Below are positions 14,864 to 30,557 of a stretch of 64,000 nt of DNA, one piece after another. Below the pieces are notes generated by a model. That model was not told the origin of the DNA. It searched no databases and worked only from the letters and a program-made list of their open reading frames with translations. The stretch comes from Eledone cirrhosa. Its lineage: Eukaryota. Made by a program: the position numbers and the translations under genes. Location: positions 35,712,001 to 35,776,000 of the forward strand of contig OZ024742.1 in the NCBI GenBank assembly GCA_964016885.1, written 5' to 3'. The first letter of the stretch is position 1; each line of letters opens with the position of its first letter.

Positions 14864-15330
14864 GACCTATTTTCACCCCTAAAATAAACTTTTCATTCTT
14901 CATACTCCTTCCATTCAAAACTGAAATCTGCCTTCTTCTACCCCAAAATAAATTTCAATTACTACTATTTTACCATTTGGCCAATTATTATCTTTCTATT
15001 GGTTAATTCAAAACCTGTTCCCAAACAAACCTACTATATTAAATCTTTGTTGGTTTTATTCAATGAACGAATATAATTATTTCTGAGGTCAGCATATGAC
15101 CTATTCTCATCCCTAAAATAATCTTTCATTCATAATATTCTTTCCATCCAAAACTGAAATCTACCTTCCTCTAACCATAAATTAAGGTTCTTTTACTACT
15201 ATATTACTATCTTGACCTTCACTATCTTTCTATTGGTCAATTCAAAACCTGTTCCCAAACAGACCTATTGTATTAAATCTTTGTTGGTTTTTTTCAATAA
15301 ACAAATATCATTATTTCTGAAGACAGCATA
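14864..15330 (+). repeat. Diverged tandem duplication (~233 bp x2) in the PLE 3' UTR
   Basis: TGACCTATT...ATTTCTGA(GGT/AGA)CAGCATA occurs at 14864-15096 and 15097-15330. It is mirrored in the left arm. Confidence 0.85.
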
Positions 15331-15455
15331 TATATGCGTATATATGTGTAGGAATGTATATTCCCTCTGATAGTTTGTAAAATTTTTACATAGATCTATA
15401 GGATATGCATACCAACACTAACATATATATCCTAGAAACGATCGTAAAATGATGA
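15308..15455 (+). ncRNA. Type I HHR with a 111-nt stem II insertion
   Basis: TCATTATTT-CTGAAGA(15317)-[111 nt closed by ATATATATG/CATATATAT]-GAAA(15435)-CGATCG-TA-AAATGATGA. Stem I is 9 bp with one G-U pair. Confidence 0.72.
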
Positions 15456-15503
15456 ATTTTTTAATATAAGGAACTGTTTCTTTGTTTATTCATTATTTTA
15501 TTA

Positions 15504-15574
<71 letters not shown>

Positions 15575-16146
15575 CATATATATGTATTTATATATGTGTG
15601 TATATATAGATATATGTGTGTGTATATATATATATGTGTGTGTGTGTGTGTGATGCTGATGTGATATGTTACATACTGTAAACTCACATATCAGTTTAGC
15701 GATAACGACCGTAGAAAAGACAACCACCACTAAAACATCATCTGTAGCCTCCGTTAAATAAACAATTAGTTGGAAATGAACCGTAGAAAAGACAACAACA
15801 ACACCAGAAGAACCTCCGAAACATTTTCTCTATTCTCCGTTAAATAAACAATTAATTGTAAATGAAAGACAACTGTCATATTACGCATCAATCTAATCTA
15901 TTTACTTACTTTCCACTCGGTTTGGATGTGTGTGCTGTGTGTATGTATGTGTGTGCTTGTTTGTGTATGTATGTGTGTGTGTGTGTGTATGTGTATATGT
16001 GTGTGTGTGCGTGTGTGTGCGCGTGTTTGCATGTATGCATGTATGTGTGTGTGTATGTGTGTATGTATATATTATATCCTTCTTGTGTTATTTTCATTGT
16101 AATAGCGTATCATTCAATTATATATCAACAACTGTCAATCTATTTA

Positions 16147-16216
<70 letters not shown>

Positions 16217-16269
16217 TGTATGTTTATATATATAATATATATATTATAATAATAATACACACACACACT

Positions 16270-16335
<66 letters not shown>

Positions 16336-16339
16336 ATAC

Positions 16340-17090
16340 AAATACGACTAATAAAGAAGTTTGGTTATTTGGAAGCCCGACAATGCGTGTTTGTTAAAAA
16401 TTCCAGCCAAGGTAATTATATAAAATTTTACGGACAGGACCATCAGGTTAGAGACTCCCCGCTCTCCAAGAAAATGATGGCAATTCTGCAATTAAAACCG
16501 CAAGTGTTGGCAAAACATGAAGGTCAACAGAGACTGTGTACAAAATGGGACCAACAACAACTCCATAGTAAATAACCTGATGTAGATGAAACTCTCTCCC
16601 AACTGTATCTGACTATTCTGAGCTAAAAGCAGAGTGAGAATTTCGTTCTAGCTGCACAAGACCAATGTAATCCAAAATGAACTGAGCCAAAGTGTTGATT
16701 CTGCGATGAGCATGTTGAGACCATTGACCACCTGGTTTCGGACTGTAGCGTATTAGTGTACAAGGAATATAAAACAAGGCATGATAGTGATTCAATATTT
16801 ACACTGGGTAATATGCAAGTTTTATGGCATAAAATTAGAGCGAAAATGGTACAACCATCACCTAGATGTAATAACAGGAGGCGAGAATATAACAATCCCA
16901 TGGAATTTCCCTGTGAACACTCAGGGCTGTGATTAATCAAGGCCATCATACCTGATATAATTGTGAAGGACCATAGAGAAAAAACACTTCCTAATTGACA
17001 TAAGCATTCCATCAGAGCGTAACATCTCGAAAGAGTTCAGTAAATATAAAGATCTGAGAATTGAAATTTAGAAAATGTGGTATTTTATCC
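16340..17090 (+). mobile_element. Decayed RLE-type (R4/Dong-like) non-LTR retrotransposon C-terminus
   Basis: The fragments [34 protein letters not shown]...EYKTRHD and IKAIIPDIIVKD correspond to the zinc knuckle and PD..D restriction-like endonuclease motifs. Confidence 0.75.
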
Positions 17091-17712
17091 GACACTTTAC
17101 CAATTCTGCCTATCCACCACTCCTACACTACCTTAATAATTGTTTCTATGTTTCGCACAAGGCCAGCAATTTGAAGGGAAGGAGAAAGTAAATTAAATCA
17201 ACCCCAGTGAGTTACTGCTACTATATTTTATCGACCCCGTAAGAATGAACGACAAAGCTAACTTCGGCGGGATTTGAACCTACACTCTACCAACACTACC
17301 AATCCAACGCTCAACACTAACTTAAAAATAACAAATTTTTATACTACTAAATATAATTGTTGAATATTTTCAAATTGATTTGAAAATTATAGCCAGGGTC
17401 TTTCATTAGAAATATGGTAATGAATGTGCTACCATGCAAGAAATATTCATTTACAGCAGTCCAGAAGGAATAATTTTCTCTTAGAATCAGAATTATTGAA
17501 TTGGCTTTTCAAATATTGGATTAAAAGATTAGAAAATAAAAATTAAAATAGTAAATAAAAATATAAACAAAATAAATCGAAAATAGATTGCAACATATTA
17601 AATTTTTGTTAATAAATGTATTAAAATTAATTTCTGCTATTTAGCAAAAGAGAATATCAGTATAACAGAACTAAACTTAATCTCACTATAACAAAATTAA
17701 ACTAATATTTCG

Positions 17713-17785
<73 letters not shown>

Positions 17786-18722
17786 GCTTGAGTAAGGCTA
17801 CTTCAAAGCAGGCTTTTTTTTTTTTGCTATGAAAACTAGTCGGGCAAGTTGGGCATAAAAGCCGCTAGAACGGGAAAAAGTGGACATTAACGCTGTTTAC
17901 AAACACACCGAGCATTATAATAAATGTTCGGTGAATCTATACGTACATATATATATGTGTGCATGTATGTATATATATATATATACATACTACTGTACGT
18001 CTGTATACATATATGTATGTACGTATATTTAAGTAACAGCCGTACTAAAAGTGAGAAATGAAATTTCGTTTCATTTTTTCCGTTTAAGTACCTAGCTTAA
18101 AGACAAAACTCACCACCTGGAATCAAACTCACGGGCCGAACAGTCGAGCGTCTAAAGCCACGCACCTTCACACAATATTTCTAAATGATATTTTTTGAAA
18201 GACTGACTGCAGTTTTCAATATGCCCTTCATTTCTAAAGAGGTAGGTTATACTTTAAGAGTCTCCACTGCTATTTCCAGTCGTTCTAGCTACCATTTAGA
18301 AGAATGGCTCCCTCGTTTTGATCTTGGAGAACATGTATAGACTTAGTACGTTGGCTTTAAAATAACATGTTAAATAATGGCGCAAGGCCAATTGAAAGCG
18401 GTTGGCTTCCTGCCAAACCACCATATCTGTATAAGAAACACGTTTACGATAAAAAAAAAAAAATGGCGCACAGCATTGCGATTAAAAACAGCCGAATACG
18501 ATATGTAATTTTTTAATGCATTATTTTAATCTTCGTATTGGATGATAGCGTATGTATGATATAGTTGAGGATATAGTGGCGTAGGCGCTAAAGTATCTCT
18601 TTGTGCGGAGTTGTTATTGTTATTGTTGTTGTTTTTTGTTGTTGTGGTTGTTGGTGGTGGTTATGGTGGTGTAGTGGTTGTCTATAAATATAAATATGCA
18701 TAAATATACACATGCATTCATA

Positions 18723-19179
<457 letters not shown>

Positions 19180-19625
19180 TATTTATACTCCAGTCCCAAA
19201 CTGTAGAGTGCTACTTATCCGATATCTGCATTGCTTTATTGTACTACAATAAAACTCACCTCCTACATTATATATATATATATATATACATACATGCACT
19301 ATATAATAACTGCAGTTAGGTTTACGATAGTCCCTAACGCATACATATGCCACATCATACATGCAGACGACATACAGATACACATACACCAACACTACAC
19401 GCTGGGTGACATATTACTTTAGTTAAGTTGGCAATAACTAGAAATAAACGAATACAGAAATAAACAACTGAATAAATAAATATATATATAATTAGATATA
19501 AATAGATGTAAAGTATAAATAACAAATAAATACATATACAAATATATACAAGACATATATATAAATGGAAAAAATGAAATTTCATTTCTCACTCTTAGTA
19601 CGGCTGATACTTATACATATACATA

Positions 19626-19778
<153 letters not shown>

Positions 19779-19925
19779 GGAGGCTTAGTAAAATCGAATC
19801 TTTGGCGGTGTGCAAGCAAATTCGACCTACGATATGAATGAGTTAGCAAAGCACTCGACAAGGGTAGGTCATATATATATGTGTGTGTATATATATATAT
19901 ATATAGATATGTATAGATATGTATA

Positions 19926-20009
<84 letters not shown>

Positions 20010-21159
20010 TATACATATATATATACATATATATATATTATTAAATAACTGAACGAACATATTGTGTGAAAGGACAAGACACAAAACAACCTTATCAACA
20101 ACAACAACAATTATTATTATAATAATTTAAATAATATATAATATCACTACCACCTCCACTATGACCACCACTAACTCCACCACCATCCCAATCACCCCTC
20201 CACCACCATCACCCTCTTTACCCTCACCACCACCATCAAAAACATTAGCCCATCCAACAACCAGAACACCAACACCACAACCACTGCCACCATCACCACC
20301 ACCGCCAGTACGACTAACTCCACCATCCACCACCGCCACTAACTCCACCATCACCATCACAATCCCCTTCTCCATCATCCCCGCCATCACCACCACTATG
20401 AACAACAGCAACAACAACATCAACAAACACCCCCCAAAAATGTCCCCTTCTCCATGATAGCCAACCATTCAGTCAGAAAAGATATCGATATTTTTGGTGA
20501 ACACTGCAGAGTATAGAGGAGGTGTTGTTCCATGTATATTGATTCAATGAGAACCGCCACCATTCTTGGAATAAGTGGTAGCACAGTTCCTTCTCTCTCT
20601 CTCTCTCCCTCATTTAGTGAGGAGGACTCCCTCTCCCTCCTCTTCTAGCGAGGACCACTCCCTCTCCCCTCTCTCCCTCTTCTAGCGAGGATGACTCCCT
20701 CTCCCCCTCTCTCCCTCTTCTAGTGAGGACGACTCCCTCTCCCCCTCCCTCCTCTTGTGAAGTGGACTCCCTATCTTCGTCTTCCAGTGAGGAGGGGGTC
20801 GAAGACGGGGAAATAATATTGCACCAATTTTACATTTGATTATTATTATTATTACTGATAATGTTTTATACAAATATATTTTATCATATTTTTAGCAATA
20901 AATTTCACTGCTGTCTACTTTAGTTTGATTTTTCTATGAATTTTGGTTAGAATCTTGAACGTATGTATGTATGGATAGATGCATCTATGTATATATGGAT
21001 GTATGTATGTGTGTATGTATGTATATGTGTGTGTGTGTGTGTACAGACTTATACATATATATATATATATCAACACACACTCACCCGCATTTATTGTATA
21101 TATATATATAAAATGTGTGTGTATATGTCTGCCTGCCTGTACGCACATATATGCATGTA

Positions 21160-21240
<81 letters not shown>

Positions 21241-21619
21241 GTTGGTTTATCAGATGTCTAATACTATGTCAATTGTAATGAGGGTCAGGCCAAATTACAT
21301 AATTACATACACTGAAAGCATAACATTACCGCACTAACTGGTGTTGCTGTTGCTATGTGGCTTTTGGCGGGAACGTAGGGAGATCGATAGGTCGATGGGT
21401 TGCTCCATCTGTGATCCGATTTCTCAAATGCTCGTTCAATGAGAGAGAATATTTCAAGATTCGATTCACCATGTGGTTACCCCCGACTAAACCCGGATCT
21501 CACACACACACACACACACACACTGAAACACACATACCACACACACATGTATATATATATCACCTTTAAGTGCATCCTAATATAGATGACCTACTGGTGC
21601 GCAGTTTCTCCCCCTCTCC

Positions 21620-22032
21620 TAGGACTCCACCTGGTTCCCCTCTTTGTCCTCGCTCCCGCTATAACACCCGTCCCTTCATTTCCAACCTCACCACTCTCAC
21701 AGGCACTAACGGTTTTTTCCTTAACCTTCACCTCCATCAACTCTATCTACGCCTTCCGGTGTTACATTTGCGGCTCCGTATACATTGGACAAACAGGCCT
21801 TCATCTGGCGATCCATTTAGCAGAACACTAGAAGGATATAGGTCTTTGGAGGGAAACCCACGTTGGTCGTTACGTCCGTTCCCCAGCCCACTCTTCTCTA
21901 CAAGTCTCTGTCGTGGGTGTCCTATTGCATCATGGATCGCAGGCCTCGCGCAATAGGACTAAGCAGAACTTGATTTTTCGCCTTGGATCTGGTTTCCCAT
22001 GTGAACTCATCTCTGCTCCACATTTTCTTTAA
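21620..22032 (+). pseudogene. Decayed GIY-YIG endonuclease of a different PLE lineage
   Basis: FTSINSIYAFRCYICGSVYIGQTGLHLAIHLAEH...LIFRLG. Confidence 0.75.
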
Positions 22033-22260
22033 CCAATATTTACTATTACCTACATGCGTTCGTACGTGCTTCTATACACATATCTACTGTCACCCTTACG
22101 TTGTCCGCTGTCACTAGCGCGTGCACATTCACTCCTGAGATTCTGTTGGCTTCGGTACGGTCAGAAACACACACCCTCGCAGCTTTGCTCAGACCAACAA
22201 CAAACACGCATACACCTCTACACCTATACTCACAGCTTTGTACGGGCCAAAAAGAAACAT

Positions 22261-22297
<37 letters not shown>

Positions 22298-22461
22298 CAA
22301 CCCAGTAATAATTGTAATGATAACTACGGGATCGCAGCTTTATGCAAGAAATTACATTTTCCAGAGGCTGGCAGATGAGGAAGATAGATGCATTTGTCCG
22401 TTCGTCCTACATATCCGTTGATTAGTGTGCTAATATATATATATATATATACATATATATA

Positions 22462-22549
22462 CAGGTTGTCCCCAAAAATGTATACACCACTCTAATAATT
22501 ATTGTTTCTACAGGTAGTAAAAATATGTATATATTTTTGGGAGACGCCC

Positions 22550-22551
<2 letters not shown>
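22462..22551. mobile_element. Mariner-type MITE
   Basis: TIRs CAGGTTGTCCCCAAAAATGTATAC / GTATATATTTTTGGGAGACGCCCTG, within TA. Same family as 31892-31966. Confidence 0.7.
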
Positions 22552-22609
<58 letters not shown>

Positions 22610-22650
22610 AAGATTATAATAAATGGATACTATATTTATAAAACCATATT

Positions 22651-22715
22651 TATTTTATTATATATATTTCAAGGGCGACCAAGCAAATCTTGGTGCGCTT
22701 TCATCAGATAAAATA
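22651..22715 (-). ncRNA. Type I HHR
   Basis: Minus strand: TATTTTAT-CTGATGA-AAGcGCACCAAGatttgCTTGGTcGCcCTT-GAAA-TATATA-TA-ATAAAATA. Confidence 0.85.
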
Positions 22716-22966
22716 CAAAATTTGTTTTATAAATAATGACATACCCATGGAAATCACACCTTAACGGTCCGAAAGTTCGCTGGATACTCCAGTAACTTGT
22801 TGAGTGCTCTATATCAGTTATAAACATTTATGTTTGTCGGAATTCCAACAAATTAAATACAACTCCTATATATATATAACGAAGGAAGTGTGGTAAGGAA
22901 CCAGATGGACGCACCAGAAATAGCCGTCGAAACAGCTTGAGCTCTGCCATCGGGGTTAAACATTTT

Positions 22967-23062
<96 letters not shown>

Positions 23063-23158
23063 TGAAGTATTTCCGTAGAAAGGTTAAAGGAAGGGATAGT
23101 GATCTATGTAAGGTACAGAGCTATTTAATCATGTAATAAACAACACAATGCAATTATT

Positions 23159-23201
23159 CCATTTACCAAAGGTTTCACGAAGACAGGCGTTCATCAGAAG
23201 G
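23159..23201 (-). ncRNA. Type I HHR with a weakened stem I
   Basis: Minus strand: CCTT-CTGATGA-ACGcctgtcttCGT-GAAA-CCtttGG-TA-AAtGG. Confidence 0.65.
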
Positions 23202-23961
23202 TTGTCCCCCTTGCTTCTGCTGGACATCACCAGAGGGCGTTAGCCCCTCGATGTTTGCATAGCTACGGCTTCCTAAAACCGTATTTCTTTGGAGATACAT
23301 ATTGTATAAAGCTATGCTTGAAGCGAAATCCTATTTCGTGTGTAATGTAGTTACAGAGGTGCGTATATGCATTTTAATTTATATTTTTAATTATTGTGTG
23401 TCTACCCTGCCTTCCATAGGTTATAGATTCCATACACTGGTGGTTTTCCCTGTTTTATTGATGGCACACGATCTCTCTTTCTCTAGTGTGTTACCCTTTC
23501 AACATATTGTATATATATAGAGTTACAGCATAGAGTTACGACTCTTTACGTTCCGAATTTAAATCCTGCCGAGGTTAGCTTTGCTTACTGGGTCGATAAA
23601 ATAATGTACCAGTAATACACTGGGGTCGATTTAATCAACTTTCCCCTCCCCTAACATTACTGGCCATGTGCCTAAATCATAAACCATTATTTTGCTTCGT
23701 ATAAGGTGTACAATGGATTGAACAAAATACCTTGCCGTATTTATTTCGGTTTCTTACATTCTGAGTTCAAATCCAACCGGGATCAATTTTGTCCCTCATC
23801 CTTCAGAGGTTGACAAAATAAGGTACCAGAAAAGTACTCAGGGCCATGTATTCTATTTTCCCCTCTTTCTCAAATTTCTGGCCATCAGCCTAAGTTACAA
23901 AGCATAATTATGCATAGTATGTATATTTTGAGAAATTTATATAAATAAATGAACATATATA

Positions 23962-24067
<106 letters not shown>

Positions 24068-24716
24068 TTACTTAATTTTTAAGTATTCAAGCAAGTATAT
24101 AACTATTGAAGCCGTCTCAATTTTTAAGTGAACAGGAAACGAACTAAGGAAATACTGGAAATAGGATCACCCCCCCCCCCACCCTACCAGTCACTTTGTC
24201 GTTGTGTGACAGTATCTCGTGTGCCTGTGTTGTAGTTATGTTTATGTATATGAGAAAGAGTGTGTACACCCGTGTATCAATGCATATATATATACATACA
24301 TATATATATATGTATATATATATATACAAATATTAACGGATTTATAGACTTGCGTTAGTCCCTATTTATATATATATGTATGTATGTATATTTGTATATA
24401 TATATATATATATAGTACATAACCGATAAGATGTTTAAAAGCCGGTACAAAGCGATAGAAATTACGAAAGGAAAATGATGGTAAATGAAAGAAAACAAAA
24501 CAAAGTAATGTTTTACCCAGTGTATTATGATATTTCAGGGCTAATACCCTCTTTTCAGATGTAGAGTTGAAACAGTCTTAGATAAACAAACGAACGATTT
24601 GAGCTTTCCTCTCTAACTAGTCTTATATATATCTATATATACAATATATCAATATATATATATAAGACTAGTTAGAAAGCAAATCGTTCGTTCATTTATA
24701 AATATATATATGTGTT

Positions 24717-24833
<117 letters not shown>

Positions 24834-24834
24834 G

Positions 24835-25769
24835 CAGGATAACTAAAGAAAACTAACCCTATTTTAATTTTGTCTACATTATTCATTTTTTTTTTCTTAC
24901 CAAAACTGATGAAACAACTAATATGACTAATTCAAATCATTAAAAATAAAATTATCATAAAATTATCATAAAATTATCATAATCTCTCTATCTTCTTATC
25001 TTTCTCTCCAGAACTATAACACATGGTCCAAGTCATCCCCATTTTTAGGGTCTTATAATGAAGTTTAACATAACGTCTTTACAAACAGATGTAGGAATGA
25101 CTCTGGTCTGATCCCTGATGTTTTACTAATTCAGTGATACTTTTAGGTTTGTGGGCATTTACATTATCCTTCTGATGTGGTTGGTAAGCAGGGCTGTGTG
25201 GGTTTCACTCAAAATCAGTCTTCAAAGTGATCACACGATTCCCAAAGTTATTTTTCAGCCATTCTCGCGATTCATTACAGGTGAGAGCTTCTTTCGTTTT
25301 ACTGAAACCAGAACTTATTAATTTGAGGTGGGAAAATGGTTTGTAGCTCATTTCTGAAGTCTTCCAGGACTCCCACATAGCTTTCCCTTGTAACTGTGGC
25401 AATGACACCATTTTCTTCGAAGAAGGATAGACCGATCAACTCTCTCTCAGATATGACAATCAAGACGGTATATTTAAGAGAGTGGAGAGGTTCACAGCCA
25501 CTTCAGTGGTTTTCCACTGTCCGGTGAGTCTCAGATTCTTCACCCAGTTCTGTATATTGGCTTTAAAGGTAGATTTGTCTGTTCTAAAAAAAAAAACATG
25601 TAATTGCGGCTTATAGTAGTGTTTCACACAGGAGCCCCCCATTGTGATCTTGGTGTTTTCTCAGACGTTGTATCTGTCTGCCATGTCCTGAAATTTAAGC
25701 CTGGTCGGTTTGAAAATAAATATACAGTAACACAAAACGTGCGTGGGACCAGTTTTTACAGTCATCCTG
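24835..25769 (-). mobile_element. Internally deleted Tc1/mariner element with degenerate TIRs
   Basis: The ends are CAGGATAACT.../...AGTCATCCTG. The internal TCNESREWLKNNFGNRVITLKTDFE and surrounding sequence are homologous to 5700-6200. Confidence 0.7.
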
Positions 25770-25774
25770 TGTGC

Positions 25775-25814
<40 letters not shown>

Positions 25815-25821
25815 ATGTGTG

Positions 25822-25950
<129 letters not shown>

Positions 25951-26008
25951 CATATATGTGTGTGTATGTTTGTGTGTTTGTGTGTGTGTGTGTGCGTACG
26001 TTTACATT

Positions 26009-26039
<31 letters not shown>

Positions 26040-26100
26040 ATATATATATATGTGCGTGTGTGTATGTGTATATATATATATGTATATATGTATATATGTA

Positions 26101-26573
<473 letters not shown>

Positions 26574-26762
26574 ATATATAAATATATGGGTGCATGTATG
26601 TGTGATTGTGCGAGTGTATATACTAACATCTACTGCTCTATTAACCCAATTCCACAAAATACCTGTTTAAGGGGAGTGTGACAGAGTAGCAAGGGGTAAG
26701 GGTGGTGTTTCACATAGTTAGAACTCGTGTGTATGGAATGGGGCTGACGTTTGCATTCAACT

Positions 26763-26805
<43 letters not shown>

Positions 26806-26951
26806 GGGGTGTATGATTGTGTATAGAAGATTATATTAATAAAAGGAATTCCAACTTTGTCTGATTTACTCGTTTTATTTACAATCCTTTAAAATTTATA
26901 ATGGTATTAGAATGAAATAGTATGGTAGAATATTAAATGTTAAGTGTTAAT

Positions 26952-26990
26952 TGAACAAGTAGTTTCATGCTTTCGCAATCTTCAGGTTCA
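26952..26990 (-). ncRNA. Minimal type I HHR with a stem III mismatch
   Basis: Minus strand: TGAAC-CTGAAGA-tTGCgaaaGCAt-GAAA-CTAC-TT-GTTCA. Confidence 0.7.
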
Positions 26991-27030
26991 TAATGTCTAG
27001 TGACAGTCAAGTTTGCAATTTTCAACTGTG

Positions 27031-27115
<85 letters not shown>

Positions 27116-28191
27116 TTGTAGCTTGCTTGAAGCATTGTTTAATAGGAAACACAAATTTAGATTTTGAAGGTGGCGCACAGTCCCTTCTCTTCAGTCAACC
27201 TCTGGAAATCACTACAGTTTCGGTTTTTTAAGGTTCATACTATTCATTCCAGTGGACATTGAGATATAACAAAACAAGTAGAGATAAGGTGTTTCCTTAG
27301 GTCTTAGCCAAAGGAGAAAAAATATAGAAAGAGAGAAATAGTAAAACAGAAGAGAATGATAAGACTATAGTTCAAGGAGCAGACAAAGACGAAGGGCACT
27401 GAGGCGTAGGAAAGTTAAGAAGGGAGATTGTGAGAAAACAGGTGGAGCGAAGAATAAGAAATTGCAAAGTTCGGTGTAGATGTTAAAATATCCTTGATTA
27501 ATAAAGCTGTGATACACATTTCAATGGTTCTATAACGTAACCAGACGCACTACATCATCAGACGGGAAAACATAGTAGCTGTCCGTTCCCTTCTCTTTAG
27601 ACTGGATTGCCCCGGAAATGTAACCTTATTACATAAGAGGCAAAGTGCTGTGATTTGTTCTCCACCTCCAACCTTATTGCTTCGGCCACAAACTCGGACT
27701 CCGTTGCCCGCAACACAGATGAGAGGAAGTTAGTTAAATACCGGAGCTGTGACCTACTACTTCCTCTTCGTAGAGACCACTGAGACCTCTAGTTGCTGCA
27801 CCGCGGATTTCCTCCTCAAAATTGGAAAGACGGTGGACTACTTGAGAAAGGAGCCCGTTATGTGGAGTGTGTCTGTTGCAATGGCTGTCTCTGTCAATTC
27901 TCCGCGGTAACGCCTCGGCCATATTGTCCGCGGGGCGAAGTTGAGGCACCGCTCAGACTGGGGTATAGTATCTATCTCTCCTTCTCTCCCTTTCTTTCGG
28001 TGTCGAATTTTTTTTTCTTCTTTTCATTTCCTTTTTTTCTTTCTTTTTCTTCTTTTCATTTCCTTTTTTTTCTTTCTTTTTCATTCCCTTTAATAGTGTT
28101 TTGCTTTTGTATAAACAGCTTTATGAAATTTGTAATATTTAGACAATTCTGAATAAAATTCTAATAACAATTCCACTACCGCCATCAAAAT

Positions 28192-28292
<101 letters not shown>

Positions 28293-28514
28293 TCACTACT
28301 ACCACTATCACTATCACTTGCTGCTGTCTCTGTTACTGCTGCTACTGCTGCCGCTGTTGCTATTGCTAGCACTGTTGCTTTCCTTAGGACATTAAAATTT
28401 GAGAACATCAGGAAATTAGATGGAGTGTTGTGGTGAGTGGGGTGGTGGGGTGATATGAAAATATTGTAATTTGCTGACAACAGTGTTTCTAGTGGTAGAT
28501 ATATATATATATTC

Positions 28515-28568
<54 letters not shown>

Positions 28569-28571
<3 letters not shown>

Positions 28572-28741
28572 ACAACAACAACTGCGTATGTTTAACAGAA
28601 GGTGTCCACTTTGCAAGCATCAAGACCTGGTCTCTCTTCTCGAAGTTTACGCATGCGCCTTTCCGTTTTTATATACGTCTCAGAAGACCTGCAAAATGGT
28701 CACGAAGCTGCACTTTTACTATATTTGACGTTTAAGATATG

Positions 28742-28823
<82 letters not shown>

Positions 28824-28956
28824 ATATATATAATATATATATATAATATATATATTATATATATATACACACACATATATATATATATGTGTGTGTGTAC
28901 ATACATGTATAGATGCACACACGTACGCATACACATTCACACAAATACACACGCGA

Positions 28957-29037
<81 letters not shown>

Positions 29038-29205
29038 CATATCTTAAACGTCAAATATAGTAAAAGTGCAGCTTCGTGACCATTTTGCAGGTCTTCTGAG
29101 ACGTATATAAAAACGGAAAGGCGCATGCGTAAACTTCGAGAAGAGAGACCAGGTCTTGATGCTTGCAAAGTGGACACCTTCTGTTAAACATACGCAGTTG
29201 TTGTT
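28569..29205. repeat. Inverted duplication of ~170 bp around a TA/CA microsatellite spacer
   Basis: 28578-28748 is the exact reverse complement of ~29032-29202. Confidence 0.9.
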
Positions 29206-29615
29206 ATTGTTGTTGTAGTTATTGTTGTTGTTGTTGTTGTTATTGTTGTTGTTATTGTTGCTTTTGTTGTTGTTGTTTAATCCTAGGTCAGCCGTATTCA
29301 TCTCATCTGTTTTGTATATCAGGAATTACGTTGTCCAATGTCTTATTTTTCCTGTCATCTCGTACTTCTTGCTATTCCTCTTTCTTGTTTTCAAATCAGG
29401 TGTGTAATTTGAAGGACATTTCACTGCTATTTCTACAACTGGTCGAGCGACCTCTATAAACCTACTACTACTATTGAAACCTTTCTGTCAGTCTGTCTGT
29501 TCTTTTGACTTAAAACCACTAATTATTCTGACATTATGCCATTACTTCAAGCTAAAACGCTCCTTTCTACTTGTGTACGTATGCATATATATATATATAT
29601 ATGTGTGCATGCGTG

Positions 29616-29651
<36 letters not shown>

Positions 29652-29656
29652 CATGC

Positions 29657-29692
<36 letters not shown>

Positions 29693-30278
29693 CCTAAGCC
29701 AAATTATCATTTTTTTTAAGCTAAATAGGTTTTAAAAATTACGGTTTTTACTTTACATAATTTCCTAGGCCATAATTTCCGAGTAGATAATATTGTAATA
29801 TATCTTATCGTGTCATTGAGATGTTTATGTATTAGAGACAGTTAACTTTAAAGACTTATAAATTGATATTGACTGCTCCATCAATGTTGAGCTGATTTAT
29901 ATGGTTTTGGGTTGCTATTTCCAGCGTCAATATAAGCCCGATTATGTATTTATATATATATATAGGAACGATCGACTTTCGTCAAATCGGACCGAGGGAA
30001 CAATGTTTCCGTTGGTCTTTCCAATTGCTAATACTATCTATCGGTCGCAACTCCAGGTAGAAGGAGCAACGTGAAATAAAGTGTCTTGCTCAAGGACATA
30101 ACGCATCGCCTGGTCCAGGAATCGAACTCACAACCTTACGATTGCGAATCCAATTCTCTAACCAGTCAGCCACAGGCCTTCACTAAAATATATATATATA
30201 TATGTATATATGTATATATATGTATATATGTATATATATGTATATATGTATATATATGTATATATGTATATATATGTA

Positions 30279-30420
<142 letters not shown>

Positions 30421-30497
30421 TAGCGAAACAAACGGTTATTAAACAATTTTCTAAATAAATTAAAAAATGATTAAATAATGTTGAAGTATCCATCCAC

Positions 30498-30557
<60 letters not shown>

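Larger units (their letters stand above)
11920..15508. mobile_element. Fold-back Penelope-like element: two ~1.7-kb near-identical arms (12045-13724 minus, ~13725-15508 plus), 3' ends outward, (TA)n-flanked
   Basis: The arms are near-exact reverse complements. Each carries a GIY-YIG ORF end, a 3' UTR and a terminal HHR. Confidence 0.92.
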
